From NCBI GenBank assembly GCA_003105035.1, contig PQAL01000043.1:98014-162013 (forward strand): a stretch of DNA of 64,000 nucleotides, in the 5' to 3' direction. Made by a program: the position numbers and the translations under genes. This stretch comes from Anaerolineales bacterium (GTDB taxonomy: Bacteria; Chloroflexota; Anaerolineae; Anaerolineales; UBA4823). A model generated the notes under the pieces. It did not search any database and was not told the DNA's origin. It saw nothing but the letters and a program-made list of their open reading frames with translations. Positions 55,559 through 64,000 of this stretch are shown here, piece after piece (position 1 is the stretch's first letter; the number at the start of each line of letters is the position of its first letter).

Positions 55559-55587
55559 TTGACAAACTAGAACAATTGTTCTATATT
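55559..55587 (+). promoter_or_regulatory. promoter TTGACA-N17-TATATT with a perfect 16-bp palindrome TAGAACAATTGTTCTA (55568-55583; GAAC-N4-GTTC LexA/Cheo-box type)
   Basis: Read directly. The palindrome fills the spacer and overlaps the -10 element. Confidence 0.55.
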
Positions 55588-55644
55588 AAGCATAGTTTAT
55601 CCATCTTTACCATCCGATCGTCTCTAGAACCAAAGGAGGTTCAC

Positions 55645-56373
55645 ATGGACAACAAGGTAAATTCCGCTCTCGAGTTCAATCGTGTGGTTAGCAAGGTCAA
55701 GCCTTCCCGCGGCCTGCTGTTTGGCCTGCTCATTCTAGGCGCCCTGCTCGCTTTTGAAATCTTCAACTATTCCACCACCGACTTTGCCCTCACCGATCTG
55801 ATGGGCGACCTGCGCTTTGCCGGTATCCGCTGGGCTGCGATCCTGGCCATCGCTTTTTGCGGCATCGATTTTGCCGGCATCGCCCGCCTCTTCACCCCCG
55901 AAAAGGGCTCCGGCGAGCAACACGAGGTTTGGTACCTGTTTGGCGCCTGGATGTTGGCTGCCACCATGAATGCCATGCTCACCTACTGGGGTGTGGCTAT
56001 CGCCATCGTTAACCACGCATCGCTGGGTAGCTCAGTCCTCTCCCAGTCTACCATCCTCAAAGTGGTGCCGGTATTTGTTGCAGTCATGGTCTGGGTGATC
56101 CGTGTGCTCATCATTGGTTCTTTCTCCGTCGCTGGTGACCGGCTCTTCAGCCAGTCAGAATCTCCCCGGCAGGCCTCACGCCAGGCATTAAAATCCAGCC
56201 AGCCGCAGCCTCACACGAACCCGACGGTATTGCCCGCTCAGGCATCCGCTTATAAGCCAGCCCCTCGGGTAGACCCTCTCGCGGCACGTCCCACTCCAAA
56301 CCGCCCGGAGCCTACATACCACCCCATGTCGCTCAGCAACAGCAACCCTGGCCAGCCTCAGCTGCGCAAATAA
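55645..56373 (+). CDS. 4-TM membrane protein with a Pro/Gln/Ser-rich C-terminal tail, function unknown
   Basis: Start moved to ATG 55645 (AAAGGAGG RBS 6 nt upstream). 242 aa. Confidence 0.72.
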   Translation: MDNKVNSALEFNRVVSKVKPSRGLLFGLLILGALLAFEIFNYSTTDFALTDLMGDLRFAGIRWAAILAIAFCGIDFAGIARLFTPEKGSGEQHEVWYLFGAWMLAATMNAMLTYWGVAIAIVNHASLGSSVLSQSTILKVVPVFVAVMVWVIRVLIIGSFSVAGDRLFSQSESPRQASRQALKSSQPQPHTNPTVLPAQASAYKPAPRVDPLAARPTPNRPEPTYHPMSLSNSNPGQPQLRK

Positions 56374-56393
56374 TCCCCCCGACCTGCCTCATT

Positions 56394-56426
56394 GATAGCC
56401 CGGTATTCGCCGGGCTATCCCTTATT
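56394..56426 (+). terminator. candidate intrinsic terminator
   Basis: 10-bp stem GATAGCCCGG/CCGGGCTATC with a 6-nt loop, followed by CCTTATT. A second hairpin GCCGGACGTG/CACGTCCGGC lies at 56434-56460. Confidence 0.45.
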
Positions 56427-56644
56427 AAAACCCATGCCGGACGTGGTGTTCACGTCCGGCAATCTAAGGAGGGCCACCGGAATCTCCAACCCGGGGGGGA
56501 CGAGTAAAAGATTTTACCCGGTGGTGGACACCTGCAGTACCGATAAAAGTTTGAGCAAGTGTCAACTTTCATAATATACACCCAATTTATCCACTTAGTA
56601 TTAAAGCTTGATTAGGGTTGGATTGGTCTTAAAACTCGGGTTTT

Positions 56645-56812
56645 CTTGCGGTTAGGTTCTCTTGCGGTCACATTTACTTGCAGCTACACTTACTTGCGGT
56701 TACATTTTATTACCGTTCCTTTGCAGTTAGATTGCGGTTAGATTTTCTAGCAATTGTTTTTTCTTGCGGCTACATTTACTTGCGGCTACATTTACTCCTG
56801 GCTACATTTTCT
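56645..56812. repeat. degenerate 16-bp tandem array, about 10 units, consensus CTTGCGGCTACATTTA
   Basis: Unit starts at 56645, 56661, 56677, 56693, 56763, 56779 and 56795 are in 16-bp register. The middle units are degenerate. Confidence 0.8.
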
Positions 56813-57284
56813 TATGTGGTCCTCTGAAAATCCTCAGCCACTTGTTCACTTCTTCCTCGCTGAGCGTCTGTTCGGGGGAGCTGCGTTCACTTGCCAGTCG
56901 TCCTTCCAGCGTGCCTTGCACCATCCTGGCGAAATCCTCCGCGCGTAAGGTTTGCGCGTGTGCCTCACGTCCGGCTGCCTGCACCGCCCGGTCTGACGAT
57001 ACGATCACCCAGACCGCCGATGAGCGCCCCAGCTTCGCCAGTCGCCGGCGGATGGCCTCGTCAGCTGTCTGCCCTTGCCTCACGAAGTATGCCTTCACCT
57101 GACCAAAGCTGCGTACCCCCGCCTGCCCCGCAGGTGCTCCGTCAAAGTACACCTCCAGCTTGTGCGGTGTGCCACGCCCGAACCGCTGGAGCAATTCCAC
57201 CAGGCGTTCTTCATCGTCAGGCATACTCAGTTCCAGTCCCGCGATGTGTCCGATCAAGTTGTGCCCATCAATGATGTAGTTCAC
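56802..57284 (-). CDS. YacP/Rae1-like NYN (PIN-like) domain protein
   Basis: [13 protein letters not shown]...LEVYFDG...[20 protein letters not shown]...[11 protein letters not shown]. Confidence 0.78.
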   Translation of the reverse strand: MNYIIDGHNLIGHIAGLELSMPDDEERLVELLQRFGRGTPHKLEVYFDGAPAGQAGVRSFGQVKAYFVRQGQTADEAIRRRLAKLGRSSAVWVIVSSDRAVQAAGREAHAQTLRAEDFARMVQGTLEGRLASERSSPEQTLSEEEVNKWLRIFRGPHKKM

Positions 57285-57445
57285 CTGCGCTCCATGTAGC
57301 TAGTTTATCATGCTCCATTGCGCTTACACGATCACTTAGCCTGCTCATAAGTTGTTGCCCGCCTCCACACAGGAGGGAGTATAATTCGTCACGCAATTTA
57401 CCCAAAGTATTGACCAGGTGCAGGAGGATCAAGGAGCGGTCTGTC

Positions 57446-59125
57446 ATGTATGATAAAGCTAAACTAGACGAGCTGAACAAAGCCCTCCAAGATTGGGAAC
57501 AGGGCGACCTTCAGGATGCGCTTTCCACCATGCCCGAGCGCCAGGCGACTTTCATCACCACATCGTCTGAGCCCGTCGAGCGCCTGTATACCCCGCTCGA
57601 CCTGCCAGACTTCGACTACCTGGATGAGCTGGGCTTCCCCGGCGAGTACCCCTATACGCGCGGCGTTCACCCGACCCTGCACCGCGGTCGCCTGTGGACC
57701 ATGCGTATGTTTGCCGGCTTTGGTACGGCTGAAGAGACCAACCAGCGATTTAAATACCTGCTCGCCCAGGGGCAGACTGGGCTATCCATCGCCTATGACC
57801 TGCCCACCCTGATGGGCTATGATAGCGATGTCCCCGAAGCCTTGGGCGAGTTCGGCAAGTGTGGCGTCGCTGTCTCCTCCCTCAAGGATATGGAGATCCT
57901 GCTGGAAGGCATCCCGCTCGACAAGGTCTCCACCAGCATGACCATTAACTCACCCGCAGCCATCATCTGGGCCATGTACATCGCTGCCGCTGAGAAGCAG
58001 GGTGTGCAGCCCGGCTGCCTGCGCGGCACCACCCAGAATGACATCCTCAAGGAATACATCGCCCAGAAGGAATACATCTTTCCTCCCGAGCCTTCCATGC
58101 GCCTGGTGGTCGATACCATCGAGTTTGGCACCACTACCGTGCCGCAGTGGAACACCATTAGCATCTCCGGTTACCACATCCGTGAGGCAGGCTCGACTGC
58201 TGCACAGGAATTGGCCTTCACTCTGGCTGATGGTATGGAGTACGTCCGCTGGGCACTCCAGCGCGGGCTCGACGTAGACAGCTTCGCCCCGCGCCTGTCG
58301 TTCTTCTTCAACGCCCACAATGACTTCTTTGAAGAGATCGCCAAGTATCGCGCAGCCCGGCGCATTTGGGCCCACGAGATGCGCCACACCTTTGGCGCCA
58401 GGCAGGAGCGCTCGTGGTTGATGCGCTTCCATACCCAAACCGCCGGCGTTTCCCTCACCGCCCAACAACCTGAGATCAATATCGTACGCGTGGCTATCCA
58501 GGCCCTGGCTGCTGTGTTGGGTGGCACCCAGAGCCTGCACACCAACAGCATGGACGAGGCCCTGGCCTTGCCGTCACAGCATGCCGCCACCATTGCCCTG
58601 CGCACCCAGCAGGTCATTGCCGAGGAATCGGGCGTAGCCAACACTGTCGACCCGCTGGCCGGCTCATATTACCTGGAGGCTGCCACCCGGCGCATCGAAG
58701 CCCAGGCTTATGACTACTTCAGGCGTATTGGCGAGCTGGGCGGCGTGCTCCCTGCCATCGACAAGGGCTTCTTCCAGAGCGAGATCTCCGATGCCGCCTA
58801 CCGCTACCAGTGTGAGATTGACGATAACACCCGGCGCATCGTGGGTGTGAACGCTTACGCCGAAGACAAGCCGCTCACCATCCCCCTGCTGGAGATGGAC
58901 CCTGCCGGCTATGCCCGCCAGGTGGAGCGCCTGGCCCAGGTGCGTCGCGAGCGCGACGCTGGGCGGGTTGGGCAAGCCCTCGATAACCTGCGCCGGGCAT
59001 GTCACGGCACCCAAAACACCATGCCCTTCATCCTGGATGCGGTGCGTGCCTATGCTACCCTATCGGAGATCATCGCTGTGATGAAAGCTGAATTCGGAAC
59101 CTACCAGGAACCCACCTGGATCTGA
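57446..59125 (+). CDS. methylmalonyl-CoA mutase family large (catalytic, TIM-barrel) subunit
   Basis: Start moved to ATG 57446 (AAGGAG RBS). [71 protein letters not shown]. There is no C-terminal B12-binding domain. Confidence 0.9.
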   Translation: MYDKAKLDELNKALQDWEQGDLQDALSTMPERQATFITTSSEPVERLYTPLDLPDFDYLDELGFPGEYPYTRGVHPTLHRGRLWTMRMFAGFGTAEETNQRFKYLLAQGQTGLSIAYDLPTLMGYDSDVPEALGEFGKCGVAVSSLKDMEILLEGIPLDKVSTSMTINSPAAIIWAMYIAAAEKQGVQPGCLRGTTQNDILKEYIAQKEYIFPPEPSMRLVVDTIEFGTTTVPQWNTISISGYHIREAGSTAAQELAFTLADGMEYVRWALQRGLDVDSFAPRLSFFFNAHNDFFEEIAKYRAARRIWAHEMRHTFGARQERSWLMRFHTQTAGVSLTAQQPEINIVRVAIQALAAVLGGTQSLHTNSMDEALALPSQHAATIALRTQQVIAEESGVANTVDPLAGSYYLEAATRRIEAQAYDYFRRIGELGGVLPAIDKGFFQSEISDAAYRYQCEIDDNTRRIVGVNAYAEDKPLTIPLLEMDPAGYARQVERLAQVRRERDAGRVGQALDNLRRACHGTQNTMPFILDAVRAYATLSEIIAVMKAEFGTYQEPTWI

Positions 59126-59183
59126 TCCAAGGAACGACCCTGGAATTATCTTACCCATAAGGGAATTATTATTGGAGAGTAAC

Positions 59184-60386
59184 ATGGCAAATATCAAGAA
59201 AACCCAAGGAGTGATCGGCATTCTTACCGGCGGCGGTGACGTGCCCGGGCTCAACCCGGCTATCCGCGCCGTAACGGTGCGCGCCCTGCGCGAAGGCTAC
59301 AAGGTGATCGGCTTGCGCCGCGGTTGGGCCGGTATCATCGACGTGATCCGCGACGAGAAGGTCGATAACAGCAACAACTACCAGGAGCTGACTGAAGAAG
59401 TGGTCAACCGGGCTGCCCGCACCGGTGGCACCTTCCTGCACACCTCCCGCACCCGGCCTAGCTCGATCAAGAAAGATAGCGTGCCACCCCACCTGCAGGA
59501 TAAGTACACAGCCGATGTCAATGACCTGACCCCTGAGGTGCTCAAGAACCTCGACTGGCTGGGCATCGATTACCTGATCCCCATCGGTGGCGACGACACG
59601 CTCAGCTACGCTGTGCGCCTGCACCAGGAGGGCGTCAAGGTCATCGCCATCCCCAAGACGATGGACAACGACGTACCCGGCACCGACTACTGCATCGGCT
59701 TCTCCACCTGCGTCACCCGCACCATCCAGCTCACCAACAACCTGCGCACCATCGCTGGCTCGCACGAGCGCATCATGGTGCTGGAGGTATTCGGGCGCTA
59801 TGCTGGCTTCACCGCCATGCTGCCCACCATGGCCGGGGCCGCCAACCGCTGTGTGATCCCGGAGTATAAATTCAATATCGACCGCCTGGCCGAGCTGTTG
59901 GTGTATGACCGCAACCGCAATCCCTCCAAATACTCGGTGGTGCTCGTTTCAGAAGGAGCCGTGTTTGATGGTGAGGAGATGGTCTTCCTGGATCGCGCCA
60001 CCGACGCCTATGGGCACGCCAAGCTGGGTGGCATTGGCGACATGGTCTCGGCTCGCCTGGCTGAGCTGACCGGCATGTACAATAACGGCAAGCCGATCAA
60101 CATCATCAACCAGAAGCTGGGTTATATGGTGCGCGCCGGTGACCCCGATGCCATTGACTCGATCGTCCCCATGGCTTATGGTAACCTGGCCCTCAACCTG
60201 GCTATGATGAAGGTCCATGGTCGCCTTGTGGTGCTCAAGAACGGGCGCTACGACAATATGCCGTTGGATGTGATCGTGGGCAAGAAGAAAATGGTGAACG
60301 TGGCTACCTATTACAACACCGACCGCCTGCGCCCGCATTATGAGTCATTTGAGATGAAGCCGTTATTCATCATGACCAGCGAATAA
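59184..60386 (+). CDS. pfk: 6-phosphofructokinase, PfkA family (ATP- or PPi-dependent; specificity not assignable by eye)
   Basis: IGILTGGGDVPGLNPAIRAV, IGGDDTLSYA, IPKTMDNDV, GYMVRAG. Start moved to ATG 59184. Confidence 0.88.
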   Translation: MANIKKTQGVIGILTGGGDVPGLNPAIRAVTVRALREGYKVIGLRRGWAGIIDVIRDEKVDNSNNYQELTEEVVNRAARTGGTFLHTSRTRPSSIKKDSVPPHLQDKYTADVNDLTPEVLKNLDWLGIDYLIPIGGDDTLSYAVRLHQEGVKVIAIPKTMDNDVPGTDYCIGFSTCVTRTIQLTNNLRTIAGSHERIMVLEVFGRYAGFTAMLPTMAGAANRCVIPEYKFNIDRLAELLVYDRNRNPSKYSVVLVSEGAVFDGEEMVFLDRATDAYGHAKLGGIGDMVSARLAELTGMYNNGKPINIINQKLGYMVRAGDPDAIDSIVPMAYGNLALNLAMMKVHGRLVVLKNGRYDNMPLDVIVGKKKMVNVATYYNTDRLRPHYESFEMKPLFIMTSE

Positions 60387-60437
60387 GACCGTAGATTATC
60401 GCAGATTGATCAGATTGCGCAGATTTTTCTTGATGTA

Positions 60438-60470
60438 GGGGCGGGGCATTGCCCCGCCCTTCTTGTTTCT
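60438..60470 (+). terminator. intrinsic terminator after pfk
   Basis: GGGCGGGGC-ATT-GCCCCGCCC followed by TTCTTGTTTCT. Confidence 0.6.
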
Positions 60471-60657
60471 CCCCATTTTGGTTTGTAAATGGGGGGACGC
60501 AAGGGGGGTATCATTTACCACCTCGTCAAAAAAGTACCATCTGTTGTTGCCCCGTCTCACTGGGGCGTATGTTTAGCCACCCAGGTTCGAGCAACCTGTT
60601 TATGGTTGCGTACAAACCTGCCCATTTTTTTAAATCTCCTCCCCTAAATCCGTTCTT

Positions 60658-60702
60658 TGTACGGACTTGGTACATGTGTTACCCATGTACCAAGTCCGTA
60701 CA
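60658..60702. mobile_element. 45-bp perfect palindrome derived from the IS481-type terminal repeat (MITE-like or footprint)
   Basis: TGTACGGACTTGGTACATG-TGTTACC-CATGTACCAAGTCCGTACA. Each arm matches the IS left end (TGTTCAGACTTGGTACATG) at 17 of 19 positions. Confidence 0.55.
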
Positions 60703-60733
60703 GGTTTGTAAATGGGGGGATGCAAGGGGGGTA

Positions 60734-61258
60734 TTATTTGCTCTTCCTCGCGTGATAGAAAATCCCTAATATGGTCAGCACCACCACCACGATGCTGCCG
60801 ATCGTGCCGGTTAATACATCTAAAAATCCCATTGCACCACGCACCACCAGCATCGAGCCAAGCAGGCTGGCGAAGATGATCAACCCCCAGTTGACGAAGC
60901 GCGACAGCAGCCCTGCGCCTACCAGGCCCACAACCAGCGCCACTACCCAGGTGACGAGGCCCAGGTCCAGCCCCAACATGTCCATGAAGGCTACCGCCAG
61001 CGCCCCGCCGCCGATAAAGCCCAATACCATGGCGATGAGCTTGGTGAAGGCTTTGCCAATGAAGCCTAAAATCCCGAACAACACAGCCAGCCCGCCCACT
61101 ACGAAGAACCCCAGCCAGCCCGTGTTGAGCGACGGTACCAGGTTGAGCAGGCCGAAGCCTAAGAGAGCCCCCGCCCCCGCCCCCAGCAGCCACATGCGGT
61201 TCCCGAACAGCCATACGAAGATTCCCAAGCCAAGCATTGTCAATGCGACGATATCCAT
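60734..61258 (-). CDS. 5-6 TM membrane protein, function unknown
   Basis: 174 aa with Gly-rich TM helices (LLGAGAGALLGFGLL, GFIGGGALAVAF). Confidence 0.65.
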   Translation of the reverse strand: MDIVALTMLGLGIFVWLFGNRMWLLGAGAGALLGFGLLNLVPSLNTGWLGFFVVGGLAVLFGILGFIGKAFTKLIAMVLGFIGGGALAVAFMDMLGLDLGLVTWVVALVVGLVGAGLLSRFVNWGLIIFASLLGSMLVVRGAMGFLDVLTGTIGSIVVVVLTILGIFYHARKSK

Positions 61259-61594
61259 GCATTTCTCCTTGTGAAAGTGTGATTTCGAGTGTTAACACCT
61301 TCAGAGCCGATGGGTTGCAGCGTATGACCAGGTGTAGATGCACTGGCTCCTTCATTTCAGGCCATCACGCCATAGTTATACCAAGGGTACAATTAGAATC
61401 GCAGACACCCCCAAACTCCTCGTCCATCGATTGACGTGATGATAGCCCTTGCGGATACCTCTGCGATATTATCGAAGCACGCCGATAAACAGCAGCCAGT
61501 CGAAACTGCCCGGGGCTTTTCCTTTGCTTGTGTTATTCGCTGACCAATTCTGATACGCCCGGATCTTTTACAGATCATCAGTCAGATCGCTGCA

Positions 61595-62590
61595 TTATCG
61601 CCCAGCAATCGGGATGAATTGCCTGTGCCAGATAATCCATTTCAGCCCCCACACATCGATCCCTGGTGAGACGGATGCATCTGTGGTGGTCAGGCTGGCG
61701 CGCAGCTGTATCACTGGGTGGTCGTGCGGGTCGATTCCTTTCAGGCTGGTCCCGTTCATGGCATCAGGGATCAGCACTGTCCCGTCAGTGGTAACGACAT
61801 CGATTACCAATGTCGTATCCGCTGGGACGGTCGAACTGATCAGCACGCTCTCCCACTCGCGTAAATCGGCTGGTGGAATGGGGATTGAGAGGGCACTGCC
61901 GCTTAAACAGTGAATGCCATAAAGGAAATCAATATCATAAAGCTCAACCGTAGTGCTTGGGTGATCGCTCTTAAACGAGGCACGATACTGGATATAAGGG
62001 CTGCTATTGATCCCATTCAGGTTGGTAAAACAATCGGTGTTTCCACTTGGTAAGGTGTAGGCGCACAAATACTCAAAGTTTCCCATGCGTGGCACCATCC
62101 AACCGCTCCATCCATCATCTGGATTTTGCGTTTCTCCGGTCCTGAATTGGATGAACACACCTTCAGGTGTGCCTGAATATTTCCATTCCGAGAACACCCA
62201 ATCGACGGCTCTCCCCGCATAGAAGACTGTGGAGGTATAAATTCCCGCGCTGTAGAATTCCTGACCGTCTTCATCCCAGGCAAGCCGCACAGAATCTGAT
62301 ATGGCTTCGGTCTGCCAAAATTCACCTTCAGCAAAGTGTTCTTTCCAGGTCTGTTTCCAATGCAGCTGCTCTGTATACTTGAGCAGTAAAAAGCTCAGTT
62401 GAACATCGATGTTTTCGGATTGCTCCAGCTTTCCTTGCCAGAAATCGTCTTTCCATGATCCTCCCTGGATCACCTCCGGTGGTTTGTCGTCACCCTGGGC
62501 ATTTTGGCCATTGGCTGGTGAATAGGATGTGGAAATTACGCCGAGCAACACTACGATGATCGGCATCTGCAAGAACCTGGATATCTTCAT
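61595..62590 (-). CDS. secreted hypothetical protein
   Basis: Start moved to MKISRFLQMPIIVVLLGVISTSYSPANG (signal peptide). No motif recognised. Confidence 0.6.
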   Translation of the reverse strand: MKISRFLQMPIIVVLLGVISTSYSPANGQNAQGDDKPPEVIQGGSWKDDFWQGKLEQSENIDVQLSFLLLKYTEQLHWKQTWKEHFAEGEFWQTEAISDSVRLAWDEDGQEFYSAGIYTSTVFYAGRAVDWVFSEWKYSGTPEGVFIQFRTGETQNPDDGWSGWMVPRMGNFEYLCAYTLPSGNTDCFTNLNGINSSPYIQYRASFKSDHPSTTVELYDIDFLYGIHCLSGSALSIPIPPADLREWESVLISSTVPADTTLVIDVVTTDGTVLIPDAMNGTSLKGIDPHDHPVIQLRASLTTTDASVSPGIDVWGLKWIIWHRQFIPIAGR

Positions 62591-62674
62591 CGCCCACCCC
62601 TCCATGATTTCTAGATCGAATACTCAAACCACCTGGCTGAATATATTGTACACCCTCCTGTTCCGGGCAGCAGC

Positions 62675-62920
62675 AGGTTGGGGTGACCTGCTATGCGCTC
62701 TACTGGTTGAGCCCTCTTCGCGTAACCCAACAATTAACACCCCACAAAATCCCGCTCTCTTTTTTTGTTGGTTGGTGTTGAGGTCACTTTACCTGCATTG
62801 TTTGTATGCGGGTCCCCTGCCGGTTTTCTAGGCGGCTGCATCATGCCCCTGACTATATTTGTGCAGCCTGTGAATTTTGAGGGAGGCAGGATCACCTGCA
62901 CGTTCTTTGTGCGGAGGTGG
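62675..62920. repeat. intergenic repeat cluster: family A unit (62675-62733) plus two family B-like units (62768-62815, 62873-62920)
   Basis: AGGTTGGGGTGACCTG...TTGAGC...GCGTAACCCAAC. TTTTGAGGGAGGCAGGATCACCTGCACGTTCTTTGTGCGGAGG. Confidence 0.7.
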
Positions 62921-63098
62921 TTGAATTGTATCGATTTGTTTTTTTTTACAAAACAATTTCCCCCATCTCCACCCCTGCCCTGGTACCCGGAGCAGGTGCG
63001 GGGGTGAGATAAATAACGGTTAGGTTACACATGAAAATGCACTATGCTGAAACCACTAATAATGTGAACCGGGCAAACCCACCCTGCCACATATTTGC

Positions 63099-63405
63099 GT
63101 ACCTGTATCGCCAATGCTCTCTGAGCCATCCTGTCACGCATGGTTTTATTCGTGTATTCGTGCTTCAATTCGTGGACGGTCTCATATTAAAAAGCCGTTG
63201 GGTTTCGCCTACCTCGCTCAACCCAACCTACCACTTCTTATCATTCGTGTACCTGTATCGCCAATGCTCATTGAGCCATCCAGTCACGCATGGTTTAATT
63301 CGTGTATTCGTGCTTCCATTCGTGGATGGCTTCTCATTAAAAATCCGTTGGGTTTCGCCTACCCCGCCGCATATAAATCATGCAGGTGGCCTCAACCCAA
63401 CCTAC
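63099..63405. repeat. 150-bp tandem direct repeat, 2 copies, each ending in a reverse-oriented family A unit
   Basis: GTACCTGTATCGCCAATGCTC..TGAGCCATCC.GTCACGCATGGTTT.ATTCGTGTATTCGTGCTTC.ATTCGTGGA... occurs at 63099 and 63249. CCGTTGGGTTTCGCCTACC...CAACCCAACCTAC at 63195-63231 and 63345-63405. Confidence 0.8.
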
Positions 63406-63484
63406 AAAATCTACTGCGCTAAAAATTTAATGATCCGAATTTATCTGTGGAAATCTGTGGCTAATGATGAATTATCTGCGGTTA

Positions 63485-64000
63485 TTAATGCAGTCTCAGC
63501 GGCTCCACCAGGATGTTGTCCGCCCCCACGATGCTAGCCAGCCGGGCCACCAGCTCGGCGCTATGGGCGGTGGTGTAATTGGGGAACTCGATGCGGTAAC
63601 CGCGCGCGCGCTCGAAGATCTGCAGGGCAAAGCGGTCATGCCCCGAATACGAGATGAGGATGCCGTAACACTGGCGCAGGCGCAGGTTGTCGCGCACCTT
63701 GTCGGCTCCCGTGCGCAGGATCACGGTGATCATGCGCAGCTCCTGCCCGGCGTAAGCCTCGGCGGGTGGCAGCACGTAAGGCGGCGAAGGGATGGTCAGC
63801 TCAGGCTGCGGAGGCACTTCCACCACTGGCAATGGCACGGCCACCGCGGGCATGACCACACCTGCCAGAGTGCCCGCCAGGCTCACCCGCCCGGAGGCGG
63901 GCAGCTGCTCATCGGCTGGCAGGGTGCTTGGCTCGAGCGCATCCGGGGCCTCGCTGATCGTCTCTACGATCTCGCTTTCCGCAGCTGTTTCATCCACCAC
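63485..64000 (-). CDS. C-terminal end of a larger protein whose 5' part lies outside the window; function not assignable from this fragment
   Basis: Open to the window edge. A Pro/Ala/Glu-rich linker is followed by a compact ~95-aa domain (MITVILRTGADKVRDNLRLRQCYGILISYSGHDRFALQIFERARGYRIEFPNYTT...). Confidence 0.55.
   Translation of the reverse strand: MVDETAAESEIVETISEAPDALEPSTLPADEQLPASGRVSLAGTLAGVVMPAVAVPLPVVEVPPQPELTIPSPPYVLPPAEAYAGQELRMITVILRTGADKVRDNLRLRQCYGILISYSGHDRFALQIFERARGYRIEFPNYTTAHSAELVARLASIVGADNILVEPLRLH

Noticed and set aside
56645-56812. Possible CRISPR array
   Set aside because: The period is only 16 bp with no unique spacers between repeats, and no cas genes or leader are present. 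It is a simple tandem repeat.
59169-60338. Minus-strand ORFs of 198 aa and 129 aa
   Set aside because: They lie entirely antisense to the well-supported pfk gene and have a Gly/Ala/Asp/Val-rich composition typical of shadow ORFs in GC-rich coding DNA.
60630-61355. 241-aa minus-strand ORF
   Set aside because: It overlaps the membrane-protein ORF 60734-61258 out of frame and runs through the palindromic mini-element and hairpin repeat. Its Arg/Gly/His-rich composition is not protein-like.
63031-63537. 168-aa plus-strand ORF
   Set aside because: It spans the 150-bp tandem repeat. The repeated peptide (YRQCSLSHPVTHG.IRVFVL.FVDG) is a by-product of the DNA repeat, and there is no RBS or family resemblance.

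Overview
A 64-kb chromosomal segment, about 85-90% coding, with roughly 55 protein genes, two adjacent tRNA-Ser genes, one complete IS481-family element, a transposase remnant, and intergenic regions unusually rich in repeats. The gene content suggests a monoderm, Chloroflexota/Anaerolineae-like organism, but this is inference only and there is no rRNA in the window. That content includes MprF, MurJ, ArfB, DarA/PstA-like PII proteins, TAT-DUF362 plus polyferredoxin, a giant HTH-STAND-WD40 protein, a membrane-anchored multiheme cytochrome and GAAC-N4-GTTC operators. Most genes are ordinary housekeeping or accessory metabolism: VOC, PaaI thioesterase, PNPOx, aldo-keto reductase, methylmalonyl-CoA mutase large subunit, phosphofructokinase, MFS, hydrolases, and a NarL-type two-component system. 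Items worth a second look: (1) a four-gene module of ferredoxin, FAD oxidoreductase, His-rich membrane protein and a 23-CXXCH cytochrome built from 198-bp triheme repeats. (2) An operon of a B12-domain-like protein, an opine dehydrogenase and two PII/DarA-like proteins, behind a strong promoter and a 260-nt leader. (3) A 1382-aa HTH-STAND NTPase-TM-WD40 protein next to an Avd-like four-helix-bundle cassette. (4) Two low-GC orphan cassettes (GxxExxY nuclease fold and four-helix bundle) embedded in short-period repeat arrays that also occur beside tRNA-Ser and a decayed tRNA copy. (5) Twin divergent promoters carrying a perfect Gram-positive-type LexA box, now separated by an IS481 insertion. 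(6) Families of G-run hairpin repeats, one of which holds a 45-bp palindromic mini-derivative of the IS ends in its loop. (7) A frameshifted S8 peptidase, a histidine kinase paralog lacking its ATPase domain, a 16-bp x ~10 tandem array and a 150-bp tandem repeat. (8) At the left edge, a PLD lipoprotein gene translationally coupled to a HerA/FtsK-like ATPase gene. All functional calls come from motif recognition by eye. No database search was run.
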